A stretch of DNA of 64,000 bases from Planctomycetota bacterium (lineage in GTDB: Bacteria > Planctomycetota > OFTM77): contig JAJDCO010000092.1 in NCBI GenBank assembly GCA_029260795.1, positions 877 through 64,876 on the forward strand. The letters are read 5' to 3'. Below the pieces are notes generated by a model, which saw only the letters and a list, made by a program, of their open reading frames with translations, ran no database searches and had not been told where the DNA came from. The first letter of the stretch is position 1. The number at the start of each line of letters is the position of its first letter. The position numbers and the translations under genes were made by a program. Shown here one piece after another: positions 49,701 to 62,245 of this stretch.

Positions 49701-50364
49701 AGTCACCGAAGAGGCGCGACCGATTCTCGATCGCCTGCGGCGGCGGACGTTCGTTCCCGAGAGCCTCGGCCTGACGTCGTTCCAGGTGTCGGTCGCCAAT
49801 CCGGGAGCCGGCATCCTCGGCCAATCGAGTGCCCGGCTGAGCTGGTCGGTCGGGAGCTCGCCGACGGTCGCCGTCCGCGACCTCCCCGAGCCGCTACAGT
49901 CGCACCACACCCACGTCGAGCGGGCCTACGTTTTCCTCTTCGATCTGATCCGCAACGATCCCTCGGGTCTCCTGGCTCCGGGTCGGTACGACGTCGAAAA
50001 AACGATGGAGAAGAACGGTGCCACCGTCCTCCTGCTTCGGCCGCCGGGAGACAGCGAGGCCGACGAAGAGATCTGGCTCGCGGTCTCCTCGCAGGGTCGC
50101 CTCGAGCGAATGAGCCGTGTGCGATTCGGAGTCGAGGTCGTGACGCGCTTCGATTGGCGCGAGACTCCGGAGGGCGACGTTCTGTCGAGAATGACGACGG
50201 ACGACTTCGTCTATGGCCAGCCGCAGCTCATCGAGCTGGATTACGGCGAGGGCGTGGAAGGGCTTCCGATGCCGGTCCGCGTCAGGTCGAGCGTGCCCGG
50301 CATCTTCGCGCATTCGTTCGTGTTCGATCTTCGATACGATCACGTCACGCGAGCTCGCCGTTGA
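46720..50364 (+). CDS. Very large secreted protein (1214 aa), putative clan-CD cysteine peptidase of the C25 (gingipain-like) family
   Basis: Signal MCRTSTAASLFALLLLAGPTRA. LAIVGTPDQIPFALLE...ANLDQDPSLELAVGRVLTADL resembles the C25 N-terminal block (LIITpD...PDLaVGRlp). IGHMNHAN ... FGTGCTSAG fits a His / Ala(Gly)-Cys caspase-fold dyad. Confidence 0.4.
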   Translation: MCRTSTAASLFALLLLAGPTRADDGVFEDARLGVRFSVPEGDWKRTEGESGSSRYVLFERRGAERSRIALQFWPQEGDERSLDDWCDQELSFDRTTQRVEEIVREPRTVGSESARATRYRTGAGDDRASVDATYLRHRGSVFRVSVSAPAAQEGELPALVAAALDGLEWIAIEAEASPPPLELLEPIPGNVLTVVHAGGVDAPYRYLEALPGAAATNGGLPIVLLVDGQLSSMARTFLRQYRPSEIHLDGEPLSELPSATQVERAWGVGGPVVVTARTLTDAVPAAALATRWGVPLLVSGAALADRLARQAPSKIWVAGSVELPDGIEGIRLGDAHDIAGHAGGEYVALCNPGSGAGREIAVFAAALAAAHAGVVLPLDEPVGRLRAKLKPTESVPPGMADSGADRFVVGALRVEGVRRLVAAPVTGELRISGVTSDRFGRPRFDVNGDGRLSADEELKVGSTVQVQGKPFALTVRYQTALGHPGLGEAILQAPDPAEIRKSIRDFARRQKGLTHLAIVGTPDQIPFALLESDSYFTSLDIKQEIASDAPYANLDQDPSLELAVGRVLTADLINGSAVVATTLAYPRCSGPWRERASVLAPGFEKSESRGALHWVWPESEALARSVVAELASAGIETDAFLRDDVELSSVFDSMRQAGWIGHMNHANQVAWGIRPGAHIGTADIPPLEGAPIVFGTGCTSAGIDLGTPLSQTWPGRFFERGAVAYLGNTRPASLGSEIAVQRLFAKLMSEDGVSLGEAYRDGRNLLAHLLEQGHFDPELGARGFDSGMYERLWMQFYNLNLFGDPALTPHLPEAPPTAVQVSFEPNGDRGYRLTINRHSDERIDPLLIMAASGQGTAREAQLLTANGLTYGFVPHFYLEQGELSPLRQPLSVPPGAWVDVALPPEGERLELELVEGAPWVERGFVVEEDPDGTTRLRMFVPLAFAPLESGAGELLSRVTYDVRFSGPTGRPVPSRVPGTFVAATPERVHATDGRVTEEARPILDRLRRRTFVPESLGLTSFQVSVANPGAGILGQSSARLSWSVGSSPTVAVRDLPEPLQSHHTHVERAYVFLFDLIRNDPSGLLAPGRYDVEKTMEKNGATVLLLRPPGDSEADEEIWLAVSSQGRLERMSRVRFGVEVVTRFDWRETPEGDVLSRMTTDDFVYGQPQLIELDYGEGVEGLPMPVRVRSSVPGIFAHSFVFDLRYDHVTRARR

Positions 50365-50421
50365 CGGGACGAGGAGCCGCTCGCGACGACGACGACCATC
50401 GAAGATCGAGGAGAGACGTTC

Positions 50422-50976
50422 ATGGCTGATGTACGAGTGCTCGTTCCGCTCGCACCGGGATTCGAGGAGATCGAGGCGGTCACGATCATCGACGTGCTTC
50501 GACGGGCGGGAGCGGAGGTCACCGTCGCCGGGTTGAAAGAAGCGTCGGTCGAAGGCTCGCACGGAATCCGCATGACCGCGGATGCTCGGCTGGCGGAGGT
50601 CTGCGACCGAGCCTTCGATCTGGTCGTGCTGCCGGGTGGCATGCCCGGGGCGGCCAATCTGCGCGATGACGACAGGGTGCAACAGGTCCTCCAGACGACG
50701 GCTCAGGCTGGGCGGTGGGTGGCGGCGATCTGTGCCGCGCCGATCGCGCTTTCTTCCGCTGGCCTTCTTCGAGGTCGGTCGGCGACGAGCTACCCGAGCT
50801 TCGGCGACCAGCTCGAGGTGGCGACCTATCGCGAGGAGCGGGTGGTCGTCGACGGCAACGTCGTCACCAGCCGCGGTCCCGGCACGGCCCTCGCCTTTGC
50901 GCTCGAGCTGGTCCGGCTCCTGTTCGGCGATGCGGAGCATGCCTCGTTGGCCGAGGCAATGTTGGTCGATCTCTGA
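50422..50976 (+). CDS. DJ-1/PfpI (ThiJ/YajL) family protein
   Basis: VLVPLAPGFEEIEAVTIIDVLRRAG...FDLVVLPGGMPGAANL...VAAICAAPIAL (nucleophile elbow with Cys)...GNVVTSRGPGTALAFAL. GAGGAGAG RBS. Confidence 0.85.
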   Translation: MADVRVLVPLAPGFEEIEAVTIIDVLRRAGAEVTVAGLKEASVEGSHGIRMTADARLAEVCDRAFDLVVLPGGMPGAANLRDDDRVQQVLQTTAQAGRWVAAICAAPIALSSAGLLRGRSATSYPSFGDQLEVATYREERVVVDGNVVTSRGPGTALAFALELVRLLFGDAEHASLAEAMLVDL

Positions 50977-51131
50977 GGCCGCCGGGCGGCACGACTCGCC
51001 CGCCCCGAGTGGGCATCGGCCCGGGTCTCCGGCCATTCAGCTCGAGGGCGAGGCGAGCCGATAGAGAGGGTGGCGGTCTGAGAGGACCCGGCCGCCGGCA
51101 CCTCGGACCCGCACGACCAGGAGAGCCCCCA

Positions 51132-51479
51132 ATGGCCTCGAAGAACACCACCCGCTCTCGAACCGAGAACCGCCGGTCGCCGAGGCTCGATCTCCCTCGC
51201 GGGACTTGGGTCGTTCTCAAGGTCGATCACCCGGATCAAGGATTGGTGATCATGGAAGGAGAGCTGGTGGACATGAGCACGGGGGGCTTCGGCATCCGGG
51301 TCGCGAATGTTCGCGAGAATCGGCTGTCCGAGGGACTTCGCTGCCAAGTTCTCGTCAAGCCGGCGACGTTCGACGAGGAGACGGACTTCGGCGAGGTCGT
51401 GGTGCGGCGCCAGGTGACCCAGGACGAGCTGTTTCTGATCTACGGCATCCAGTCCGTTGACGAGAACGGCGCCGAGTAG
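51132..51479 (+). CDS. Single-domain PilZ (c-di-GMP-binding) protein
   Basis: RRSPRLDLPRGTWV (RxxxR) and DMSTGGFGI (D.S.GG) PilZ motifs. 115 aa. Confidence 0.6.
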   Translation: MASKNTTRSRTENRRSPRLDLPRGTWVVLKVDHPDQGLVIMEGELVDMSTGGFGIRVANVRENRLSEGLRCQVLVKPATFDEETDFGEVVVRRQVTQDELFLIYGIQSVDENGAE

Positions 51480-51671
51480 CCCGATCGCAGGCTTCTCTCG
51501 CAGCTGGGGCGCACGAGGCAGTCGGAGGGCGTCGGACCCGACGAGGCCGCGCTTTCTCTTTCCTTTTTCACGGCTCGACTCTAGAGTCTGGTGCGTTCGA
51601 AGCCTGGGATAGACGGCTCCCGCTTCGACGCCGACCGATTCGCGAATCGCACCGCGAACAAAAGGGAAGAG

Positions 51672-52697
51672 ATGAGCTGGGAGTGGTTCGGGCAGATCGC
51701 GATCTTCGGGAGTGGTCTGTTCCTGCTCCTGAAGTCGGCCGACTTCTTCTGCGACGCCGGGTCCGCGCTCGCCCGGGTGCTCGGTATCTCCGAGCTCGTC
51801 GTCGGCCTGACGATCGTCTCCCTCGGGACGTCATTGCCCGAGCTGGCGGCCTCGGTGACCGGCGCCCTCAGCGGTGAGGTCGGCCTGGCCGTCGGGAACG
51901 TGATCGGCAGCAATATCGCCAACATGGGGCTGGTCCTCGGGGTCACGGTCCTGATCCGGGGCGTCAGCTCCGAGCCTGTGATGGTCTTCCGCGACGGCAT
52001 CGCGATGGTCTTCCTGACCGTCTTGCTCTGCACGATGCTGCTTCTCGGTGATCTCAACTGGGTCTCCGGCGCGATCCTCATCGGGTTCGCGGGGCTCTAC
52101 ACGGGCTTCCTGGTGGCCGACTGCCGGCTGAATCCGCCCGGGACGCATTTCGGTCGGTTCTTCACCTACGTCGCGACGCTCGGGTTTCTCCGTCGGCTTC
52201 CACCGCAGAAGGAATCCGAGAAGGTACCGGCGCCGCCCGGCTCGGATCCGTTGGGACTGCTTCTCGTCAAGCTGTTCGGTAGCCTCGTCGGGGTCGTCGC
52301 CGGCGGCTACCTGTTCGTGCAGTCGGCGCTCTGGATCGCGGACCGGGTCGGTGCGACGGGAGGAGCGATCGGCGTCACCGTCGTCGCTCTGGCCACATCG
52401 TTCCCCGAGCTGATCGTCTCGTGCAAGGCGGCCCTGCGGGGTTACGGCGCGATTGCACTCGGGAACGTGATCGGCAGCAACATCGCCAACATCGGCCTCG
52501 TCCTCGGCGTGACGGCGATGATCTCGCCCGTGCCTGCGACCCCGGCGGTCAGCCAGATGGCTGCGCCCCTCCTGCTGGCGTTCTCCGTCGTGTGCGTGCT
52601 CTTCCTGCGGACGAGCTGGCGCTTGCGACGTTGGGAAGGTGCCGTGCTGATCGCGATGTACCTGCTCCTGATTCCAGTGATCGCCGACAACCTCTGA
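51672..52697 (+). CDS. Na+/Ca2+ exchanger family (CaCA, YrbG-like) membrane transporter
   Basis: Two alpha-repeat signatures GTSLPELAASV...GNVIGSNIANMGLVLG and ATSFPELIVS...GNVIGSNIANIGLVLG. About 10 TM segments. Confidence 0.85.
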   Translation: MSWEWFGQIAIFGSGLFLLLKSADFFCDAGSALARVLGISELVVGLTIVSLGTSLPELAASVTGALSGEVGLAVGNVIGSNIANMGLVLGVTVLIRGVSSEPVMVFRDGIAMVFLTVLLCTMLLLGDLNWVSGAILIGFAGLYTGFLVADCRLNPPGTHFGRFFTYVATLGFLRRLPPQKESEKVPAPPGSDPLGLLLVKLFGSLVGVVAGGYLFVQSALWIADRVGATGGAIGVTVVALATSFPELIVSCKAALRGYGAIALGNVIGSNIANIGLVLGVTAMISPVPATPAVSQMAAPLLLAFSVVCVLFLRTSWRLRRWEGAVLIAMYLLLIPVIADNL

Positions 52698-53240
52698 GCC
52701 TCGATTCCGCTCGGTCGAGGTGCCCCGAAATAAGGAACGAGGCGACCGCCCGGGGGAGAGCGGCGCCTCGTTCGCGAGGGAAGAGCGCGTTGCATCTGCG
52801 GCCGCCAGGAGCTGCGGCGCAGGAGTCGCGCTAGGGAATCGCAACTGGCCTGCCATCGATCAAAATCGGGCGGCATGTTCTTCAAAGCCTTGTTGGTGCA
52901 TGGTTTGTGGCCACGATCGCTTCCGAGGTCGTACGAGGGACACCGTCTCGCTTCGAGACTCACCCTGAGACGGCTCCGAATCGAGACGCCCTGCCGCCGG
53001 GGAGAACCACCGGGCTCCGAAGCCGAGCCGAGTCTTCCTTCAGCTCTTCCTCGAGACAGCGTCCTCGAGTCGATCGGTGTCGGAGTCGTTCCCGGCCCGG
53101 TCCAGCAGCCACCGGCTTCGCGAAACGGGGAGCGGAGGTTTGCTCTCCCCGAGCGATCGTCCTAGACTCGCCGCTCCTCCGCCCGCAGGACTCGATGTCG
53201 GGTCTCGTCGGGGTGGGAGAGCCGAGAAGAAGGAGACGCG

Positions 53241-53522
53241 ATGATCACGGTCGGAATGAACTACCAGGTGCTGCCGGGAAAAGAAGAGGTCTTCGAGAAT
53301 GCCTTCCGCGGCGTGCTGGTCGCGATGAATGAGATGGAAGGTCACGTCAAGTCGCATCTCTATCGCGACGTCGACAACGCCCAGAGCTATGTGATCCTCT
53401 CGGAATGGAACGACGAGGAGGCCTTCCAAAGCTTCATCCGCTCCGAGCGATTTGCCCAGGTCACGAACTGGGGTAAGGAGCAGATCCTCGCCGGTCGTCC
53501 GGCTCACCAGGTCTATCGTTGA
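53241..53522 (+). CDS. Antibiotic-biosynthesis-monooxygenase (ABM) domain protein
   Basis: 93 aa, MITVGMNYQVLPGKEEVFENAF...HVKSHLYRDVDNAQSYVILSEWNDEEAFQSF ABM pattern. AAGGAGA RBS. Confidence 0.7.
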   Translation: MITVGMNYQVLPGKEEVFENAFRGVLVAMNEMEGHVKSHLYRDVDNAQSYVILSEWNDEEAFQSFIRSERFAQVTNWGKEQILAGRPAHQVYR

Positions 53523-53665
53523 GGCCCGGACTCCGCTGCCGTCTCGCACTCGAGACCCCCGCACCCGAGCCACGTGCCTCAGTGGGCGAGTGACGGAGAA
53601 AGCGCTTGAAAACGGCCCGGACCGTCGATAATCTCACCGCTGATTCGCGCTCAGCTCCACAATGA

Positions 53666-53740
53666 TCCCGGATCGTCTAATTGGTAGGACACCAGATTCT
53701 GGTTCTGGCAGTCGGGGTTCGAGTCCCTGTCCGGGAACCA
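53666..53740 (+). tRNA. tRNA-Gln (anticodon CUG)
   Basis: Hand-folded: U1-A72 acceptor TCCCGGA/TCCGGGA, D stem GTCT/GGAC, anticodon stem CCAGA/TCTGG with loop TTCTGGT (CTG), T arm CGGGG-TTCGAGT-CCCTG, discriminator A, encoded CCA. Confidence 0.8.
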
Positions 53741-53747
53741 AAAAGAG

Positions 53748-53781
53748 ACAGGCGGAGGCACTCGCTTCCGCCTGTTTCCAT
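53748..53781 (+). terminator. Terminator-like hairpin after tRNA-Gln (short T-run)
   Basis: ACAGGCGGA-GGCACTCGC-TTCCGCCTGT 9-bp stem followed by TTCC. Confidence 0.4.
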
Positions 53782-53825
53782 TGGTTCCGCCGTTGCTTCC
53801 GAGCCGCGACCTTCGCCGATTGCGG

Positions 53826-55307
53826 TCAGGGCTTGCCGCTGACCGGATAGAGCGACAAGGCGCGATCGATGCGAGCCAGTGCTTCGTCCTTGCCGAGCAG
53901 GTAGACGATGTCGAAGAGGCCCGGGCCTTGGATGCGACCGGAAAGGGCGGCGCGGACCGGATGGACGAGCTGGCCGAACTTCATCTCTTGGGACTCGCAG
54001 AAGGCGCGGGCCTCCGCCTCGAGCTTGTCGGTCGATGAGAAGTCGGCGTTGGCGAGCAGCTCGCGGTAGGCGGCCAGTCGCTCGGAGGCACCTTCATTCT
54101 GCAGCTTCTGGACGGCCTTCTCCTCGTACTCGACCGCATCGGTCGATTGGAAGAAGTACTCGGTGAGCTCCGGGAGCTCGGGGAGTCGGCGGAATCGCTG
54201 CTGGAAGGCGGCGACGAGCTCTTCGATCCACGGACGTCGCTCGCGGGCCGTGGCCTCATCGATCTGTCCCGCAGCGATCAAGGTCGGCAGGGCGAGGTCG
54301 GTGAGCTCGGGGGTCGGCTTCTGCCGGACGTACTCGCCACCGAACCAGTCGAGCTTGGCGGGGTCGAAGATCGACGGGCTCTTGGAGACCTTTTCGAGGC
54401 TGAACTTCTCGATCAGCTCAGGACCGGTGAAGAGTGTCGACTTGTCGTCGAAGGACCATCCCAGCAGCGCCAGGAAGTTGGTGAAGGCCTCGGGCAGGTA
54501 TCCGGCCTCGCGGTAGTCGAGGACGGACACGGAACCGTGCCGCTTGGAGAGCTTCTTCTTGTCGGGGCCGAAGATGAGAGGGATGTGGGCGTAGATCGGT
54601 CGCTCGAAGCCGAGGGCCTCCGTCATGAGGGCTTGCTTGACGGTGTTGGTGAAGTGGTCGTCCCCGCGAATGACGTGCGTGATGCGCATGTCGGCATCGT
54701 CGATGCAGACGACGAAGTTGTAGGTGGGGTTGTCGTCGGAGCGGAGGAGGATGAAGTCGTCGACCTCCTTGTTCTGCACCTCGACCTTGCCCTTGATGCG
54801 ATCCTCGATCACGGTGCTGCCGTCGGGGACGCGAAATCGGACCACGAAGGGCATCTTTGCGGCGAGGTTCGCTTCGATCTCTTGGGTCGAGAGCTTGAGG
54901 CCGCGTCGATCATAGTGCGGCTGCTCGCCGCGCGACTTCTGCTCCTCGCGCATCGCCTCGAGCTCCTCGGGCGTGGCGAAGCATCGGTAGGCCTTCCCCT
55001 CGTTGAGGAGTCGCTCGACGTGCGGGCGATAGACGTCGCCGCGCTCGCTCTGGAAGTATGGGCCATGGGGCCCGCCGACCTCGGGACCTTCATCCCATTC
55101 GAGCCCGAGCCAACGCAGGGCATCGAGGATGATCTGGACGTTCTCGGGCGTGGAACGCTCACGGTCGGTGTCTTCGATCCGGAGGACGAACGTGCCCCCG
55201 TGCTGGCGCGCGAAGAGCCAATTGTAGAGCGCCGTGCGGGCGCCACCGATGTGCAGGTAGCCGGTGGGCGACGGAGCGAATCGAACTCGAACGGTCATGG
55301 GATCCAT
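53826..55307 (-). CDS. gltX: Glutamate--tRNA ligase
   Basis: RFAPSPTGYLHIGGARTALYNWLFAR (HIGH), KLSKRHG (KMSKS variant), class I GluRS catalytic core and anticodon-binding domain. Confidence 0.95.
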   Translation of the reverse strand: MDPMTVRVRFAPSPTGYLHIGGARTALYNWLFARQHGGTFVLRIEDTDRERSTPENVQIILDALRWLGLEWDEGPEVGGPHGPYFQSERGDVYRPHVERLLNEGKAYRCFATPEELEAMREEQKSRGEQPHYDRRGLKLSTQEIEANLAAKMPFVVRFRVPDGSTVIEDRIKGKVEVQNKEVDDFILLRSDDNPTYNFVVCIDDADMRITHVIRGDDHFTNTVKQALMTEALGFERPIYAHIPLIFGPDKKKLSKRHGSVSVLDYREAGYLPEAFTNFLALLGWSFDDKSTLFTGPELIEKFSLEKVSKSPSIFDPAKLDWFGGEYVRQKPTPELTDLALPTLIAAGQIDEATARERRPWIEELVAAFQQRFRRLPELPELTEYFFQSTDAVEYEEKAVQKLQNEGASERLAAYRELLANADFSSTDKLEAEARAFCESQEMKFGQLVHPVRAALSGRIQGPGLFDIVYLLGKDEALARIDRALSLYPVSGKP

Positions 55308-55359
55308 CCTGCTGCGGTGGTGCTCGGAAGCGGTCGAGGGGTGCCGCCCTCGGCGAGGG

Positions 55360-57174
55360 TCATTTTCCGACGCGGGAGAGCTTCCGGCGATCGTTCTCTT
55401 TGAGGTGTCGCTTGCGCAGTCGCACGGACTTCGGCGTCACCTCGACCAGCTCGTCCTCGGCGATGTGCTCGAGTGCTTCCTCGAGGTTGATATCGCGGGC
55501 CGCTGGCAGCGGGACGTTCTTCTCGGCGGCCGCGGCTCGCACGTTGGTCAGCTTCTTGAGACGGCAGACGTTCACGGCGATGTCGTCGGTCTTGCAGTTC
55601 TCGCCGACGACCTGCCCCTCGTAGACGTGATCACCTGGGCGGACGAACATGAGCCCGCGATCTCGAAGGCCTTCCAGAGCGTAGGCCGTGACGGATCCGG
55701 TCGAGTGGGACACGAGCGCTCCGTTGGTCCGCGATGGCATCGGCCCCTTGAAGAACTCGTACTGGTAGAAGTTGTGGTGCAGGATCGCCTCACCGTTGGT
55801 GGCGCTGAGGAGTCGAGAGCGAATACCGATCAGCCCTCGGGCCGGCACTCGATACTCGAGGTGGACCATGCCCTTCTTGTTGTCCATCAGAGCCAGCTCG
55901 CCGCGGCGCCCGCCGAGCATCTCGATGACCTTGCCCGAGACTGGCTCGGGCACCTCGCAGACGACCCACTCGATCGGCTCGGCCTTCTTGCCCTCGATCT
56001 CCTTGAAGATCACGTGCGGCCGCGAGACGCCGAACTCGTAACCTTCGCGGCGCATGTTCTCGATCAAGATTCCGAGGTGGAGCACGCCGCGTCCCGATAC
56101 CAGGAAGGAGTCCGACTCGTCGAGGTCCTCGACCCGGAGCGCCACGTTCGAGCGCAGCTCGCGGTGGAGGCGGTCTCGGAGCTGGCGAGAAGTGACGTAC
56201 TTGCCGTCACGGCCGGCGAACGGGCTGTTGTTGATCGAGAACAGCATCGAGATCGTCGGCTCGTCGACGCTCACGATCGGCAAGGGCTTCGGGTTCTCCA
56301 GGTCGGCGATCGTATCGCCGATGTCGGCAGACTGGATGCCCTGGATCGCGCAGATGTCTCCGGCTGACATCTCCTTGGCGGCCTCGCGACCGAGTCCGAC
56401 GAAGGCGAACAGCCCGGCCACCGATTCGGTCTGCTGGCTGCCGTCCCGCTTGATGAGCATCACGCGCTGACCGACTCTCACCTTGCCGGCGAAGATCCGA
56501 CCGATGCCGATGCGGCCGACGTAGTCGTTGTAGTCGAGCGTCGTGACCAGGATCTGCAGCGGAGCGTCAGGGTCATCCTGCGGAGCCGGGATCTTCTCGA
56601 GGATCGTGTCGAAGAGCGGCTTCAGGTCGACGCCGTGATCGTGGGCCTCGATCATGGCGATCCCGTCGCGGCCCGAGGCGTAGACGACGGGGAAGTCGAG
56701 CTGCTGGTCGTTGGCGTCCAGCTCGAGGAAGAGCTCGAAGACCTCGTCGAGGACCTCGTGAGGTCGAGCATCCTGACGGTCGATCTTGTTGATCACCACG
56801 ATCGGCTGAAGACCGGTCTCGAGAGCCTTTCGCAGCACGAACCGGGTCTGCGGCATCGGACCTTCGAAGGCATCGACCAGCAACAGCACGCCGGTCGCCA
56901 TCTTCAGCACACGCTCCACCTCGCCACCGAAGTCGGCGTGGCCGGGTGTGTCGATCAGGTTGATCTTCACGTCCTGGTAGCGGATCGAGATGTTCTTCGA
57001 GAGGATGGTGATGCCACGCTCCCGCTCGATCGCGTTGGAGTCCAGCACGCGCTCGATGATCGCCTCATTGTCGCGGAAGAGCCCACTCTGCTGGAGCATC
57101 TGGTCGACGAGGGTCGTCTTGCCATGATCGACGTGCGCGATGATCGCGACGTTTCGGAGAGCCGGTGAGCTCAC
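55360..57174 (-). CDS. typA: Translational GTPase TypA/BipA
   Basis: [45 protein letters not shown]-motifs. EF-G-like domains II-V plus TypA C-terminal domain. 604 aa. Confidence 0.95.
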   Translation of the reverse strand: MSSPALRNVAIIAHVDHGKTTLVDQMLQQSGLFRDNEAIIERVLDSNAIERERGITILSKNISIRYQDVKINLIDTPGHADFGGEVERVLKMATGVLLLVDAFEGPMPQTRFVLRKALETGLQPIVVINKIDRQDARPHEVLDEVFELFLELDANDQQLDFPVVYASGRDGIAMIEAHDHGVDLKPLFDTILEKIPAPQDDPDAPLQILVTTLDYNDYVGRIGIGRIFAGKVRVGQRVMLIKRDGSQQTESVAGLFAFVGLGREAAKEMSAGDICAIQGIQSADIGDTIADLENPKPLPIVSVDEPTISMLFSINNSPFAGRDGKYVTSRQLRDRLHRELRSNVALRVEDLDESDSFLVSGRGVLHLGILIENMRREGYEFGVSRPHVIFKEIEGKKAEPIEWVVCEVPEPVSGKVIEMLGGRRGELALMDNKKGMVHLEYRVPARGLIGIRSRLLSATNGEAILHHNFYQYEFFKGPMPSRTNGALVSHSTGSVTAYALEGLRDRGLMFVRPGDHVYEGQVVGENCKTDDIAVNVCRLKKLTNVRAAAAEKNVPLPAARDINLEEALEHIAEDELVEVTPKSVRLRKRHLKENDRRKLSRVGK

Positions 57175-57411
57175 AGTTGGGTCCTCGAGAGAGCCCTGGG
57201 AAGAGAGTCCGCAGGGTGGGGATAAAAGCGGCCACTATAGCGCGTTGCCGGGTCCTTCGCCAGGAGGCGGATTGGACTTGCCCGAACATGGATCGTCGGC
57301 CGACGAGCCCGGGGGCCTTCGATGGGCGGCCTCCGTTGCGGGAGCCGAGTCCTCCGAGTAGGCTGGCGCGCTGGGCAAGAGCCCCGGATGACCCCATCGA
57401 ACTCGGAGCAG

Positions 57412-58830
57412 ATGATGACTCGGACCTCGCGCGCTCGTCGATTCGCCTTCGCGATCCTCACGGCCTCCGCCGGATTCGCCACCAGCTGCGGACAGGAAGA
57501 GGAGCCCGCCGAGCCGATCAACGTCGTCCTGATCTCGATCGACACCCTGCGCCCGGATCATCTGGGTACCTATGGATACGAGCGGATCACCTCTCCCCGG
57601 ATCGATGCGATCGCGAAGACCGGCGTCGTCTTCGAGAACGCCTTCAGCCAATCCCCCAAGACCGGTCCGTCGCACATGACGATGATGACGGGCCTCTTTC
57701 CCGAGACCCATGGAGTCCGGAACCTCGGCGATGAGCCGAATCTCCGGCTCAGCGACTCCATTCCGGTCCTGGCCGAGCTCTTGAAGAAGGCCAACTACCA
57801 GACCGCCGCCTTCACCGGCGGCGCCCACGTCGGCAAGGAGCTCGGCTTCGACCGCGGCTTCGACGTCTTCGAGGTGGGGGGCGGCGTGCAAGGCATCTTT
57901 CAAAAGGCCATCGATCAGGCCGAGCAGATGTCCAAGCGACCGGACCCGTTCTTCCTCTTCGTGCACACCTTCGAGGTGCATGATCCCTACGTGCCGCCGG
58001 TCAAGTACCAGGAATGGAACGACCCGAGCTACCAGGGCGACATCTTCAGCTCACGGCGGGAGCTCAAGACTGCGGCCGGCGATCAGTGGCAGAAGCAGCA
58101 CGAGCTGTTCTGGAGCAAGGTCGATCCCGAGAGGCCGGGAGACATTCAACGCCTCCAAGATCTCTACGACGGATCCATCAAGCTCACCGATGAGCTGGTG
58201 GGCCTGCTCTCCGATCGTCTCGCCGCTTTCGGCGAGCTCGACAACACGCTCTTCATCATCGTCTCGGACCATGGCGAGGAGTTCTACGAGCACGAAGGCT
58301 TCCTGCACGAGGCGCTCTTCAACGAGGTGCTCCGCGTCGTCTTCGTCGCCAAGCTACCCAAGGACCGCTCGACCCAGAGTGCCCAACGCATTGCGCAGCC
58401 CGTTCGCCTCGTCGACCTGACTCCCACCGTGCTGCGGTTCCTCGACCTGCCCACTCCCGAGCTCCAGCAAGGCGTCGATCTCCTGCCGCTGCTGCGCGGT
58501 GAGAGCACCGACGAGCTGAGGCCGATCTATGCCCAGTGGCCGCGCTCTTTCATGTACTCCCTCGAGACCGGAGGCTGGAAGCTCATCCAGAAAGAGCATG
58601 AAGAAGGCGTCGACGAGATGCTCTTCGAGATGAGCAACGATCCCGGCGAGAAGAGCTCGCTGCTCGAAGCGAAGCCGGAGCCGGCGACACGCCTTCGCGA
58701 GCGGTTGACCGAGATCCGCGAGGTCAGCAAGAAGCTGAACTCGCTCTTCGGTACCGGGGCCGAAGCTCCGATGAGCGAGGAGCTCAGGAAGCAGCTCGAA
58801 TCGCTCGGCTACATCGGCAAGAAGAAGTGA
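57412..58830 (+). CDS. Sulfatase-fold (alkaline-phosphatase superfamily) lipoprotein with non-canonical active-site motif T-G-P-S-H
   Basis: Lipoprotein signal MMTRTSRARRFAFAILTASAGFATSC. NVVLISIDTLRPDHLGTYGY, ...SQSPKTGPSHMTMMTG where sulfatases have C/S-x-P-S-R. IIVSDHGEEF. Start could be ATG 57388. Confidence 0.65.
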   Translation: MMTRTSRARRFAFAILTASAGFATSCGQEEEPAEPINVVLISIDTLRPDHLGTYGYERITSPRIDAIAKTGVVFENAFSQSPKTGPSHMTMMTGLFPETHGVRNLGDEPNLRLSDSIPVLAELLKKANYQTAAFTGGAHVGKELGFDRGFDVFEVGGGVQGIFQKAIDQAEQMSKRPDPFFLFVHTFEVHDPYVPPVKYQEWNDPSYQGDIFSSRRELKTAAGDQWQKQHELFWSKVDPERPGDIQRLQDLYDGSIKLTDELVGLLSDRLAAFGELDNTLFIIVSDHGEEFYEHEGFLHEALFNEVLRVVFVAKLPKDRSTQSAQRIAQPVRLVDLTPTVLRFLDLPTPELQQGVDLLPLLRGESTDELRPIYAQWPRSFMYSLETGGWKLIQKEHEEGVDEMLFEMSNDPGEKSSLLEAKPEPATRLRERLTEIREVSKKLNSLFGTGAEAPMSEELRKQLESLGYIGKKK

Positions 58831-58924
58831 CCCCTCGATCGAAGGCACGGCGATTCCGCCTCTCGACCCGGGGACCAGGGGCAGGTCTGAAGGCCAGCGA
58901 CTCCGGTTCCGCGGGCGTCGTCGT

Positions 58925-61969
<3,045 letters not shown>

Positions 61970-62245
61970 GAGTCTCTCCGGACGAAGGGGAAAGGTCGCG
62001 GCTCGCCGCTCTTGGAGCCAAGGTCCGACATGCTACCTCGTCTGCAAATCCTCGTCACCGATCTCCATGCCGTTTTGACAGCCGTGAGGGCGCCCGGTTA
62101 GCCTGTGCCCGGACTCGGAGCTCGCGACTCGGTGCTTCGAGGGCAGGCGTGGGGGAGGTGATCTTGGCGGATCCCTGAGCCGCGCCCGACCGGCTTTCGT
62201 AGCGGAGCTCGTCTCGAGTCGCCACCGCACGTTGCAGATGAGGTC

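Noticed and set aside
57412-58830. Calling the sulfatase-fold protein an arylsulfatase
   Set aside because: The formylglycine motif C/S-x-P-x-R is not present at the aligned position; T-G-P-S-H is there instead. Only the fold-level assignment is kept.
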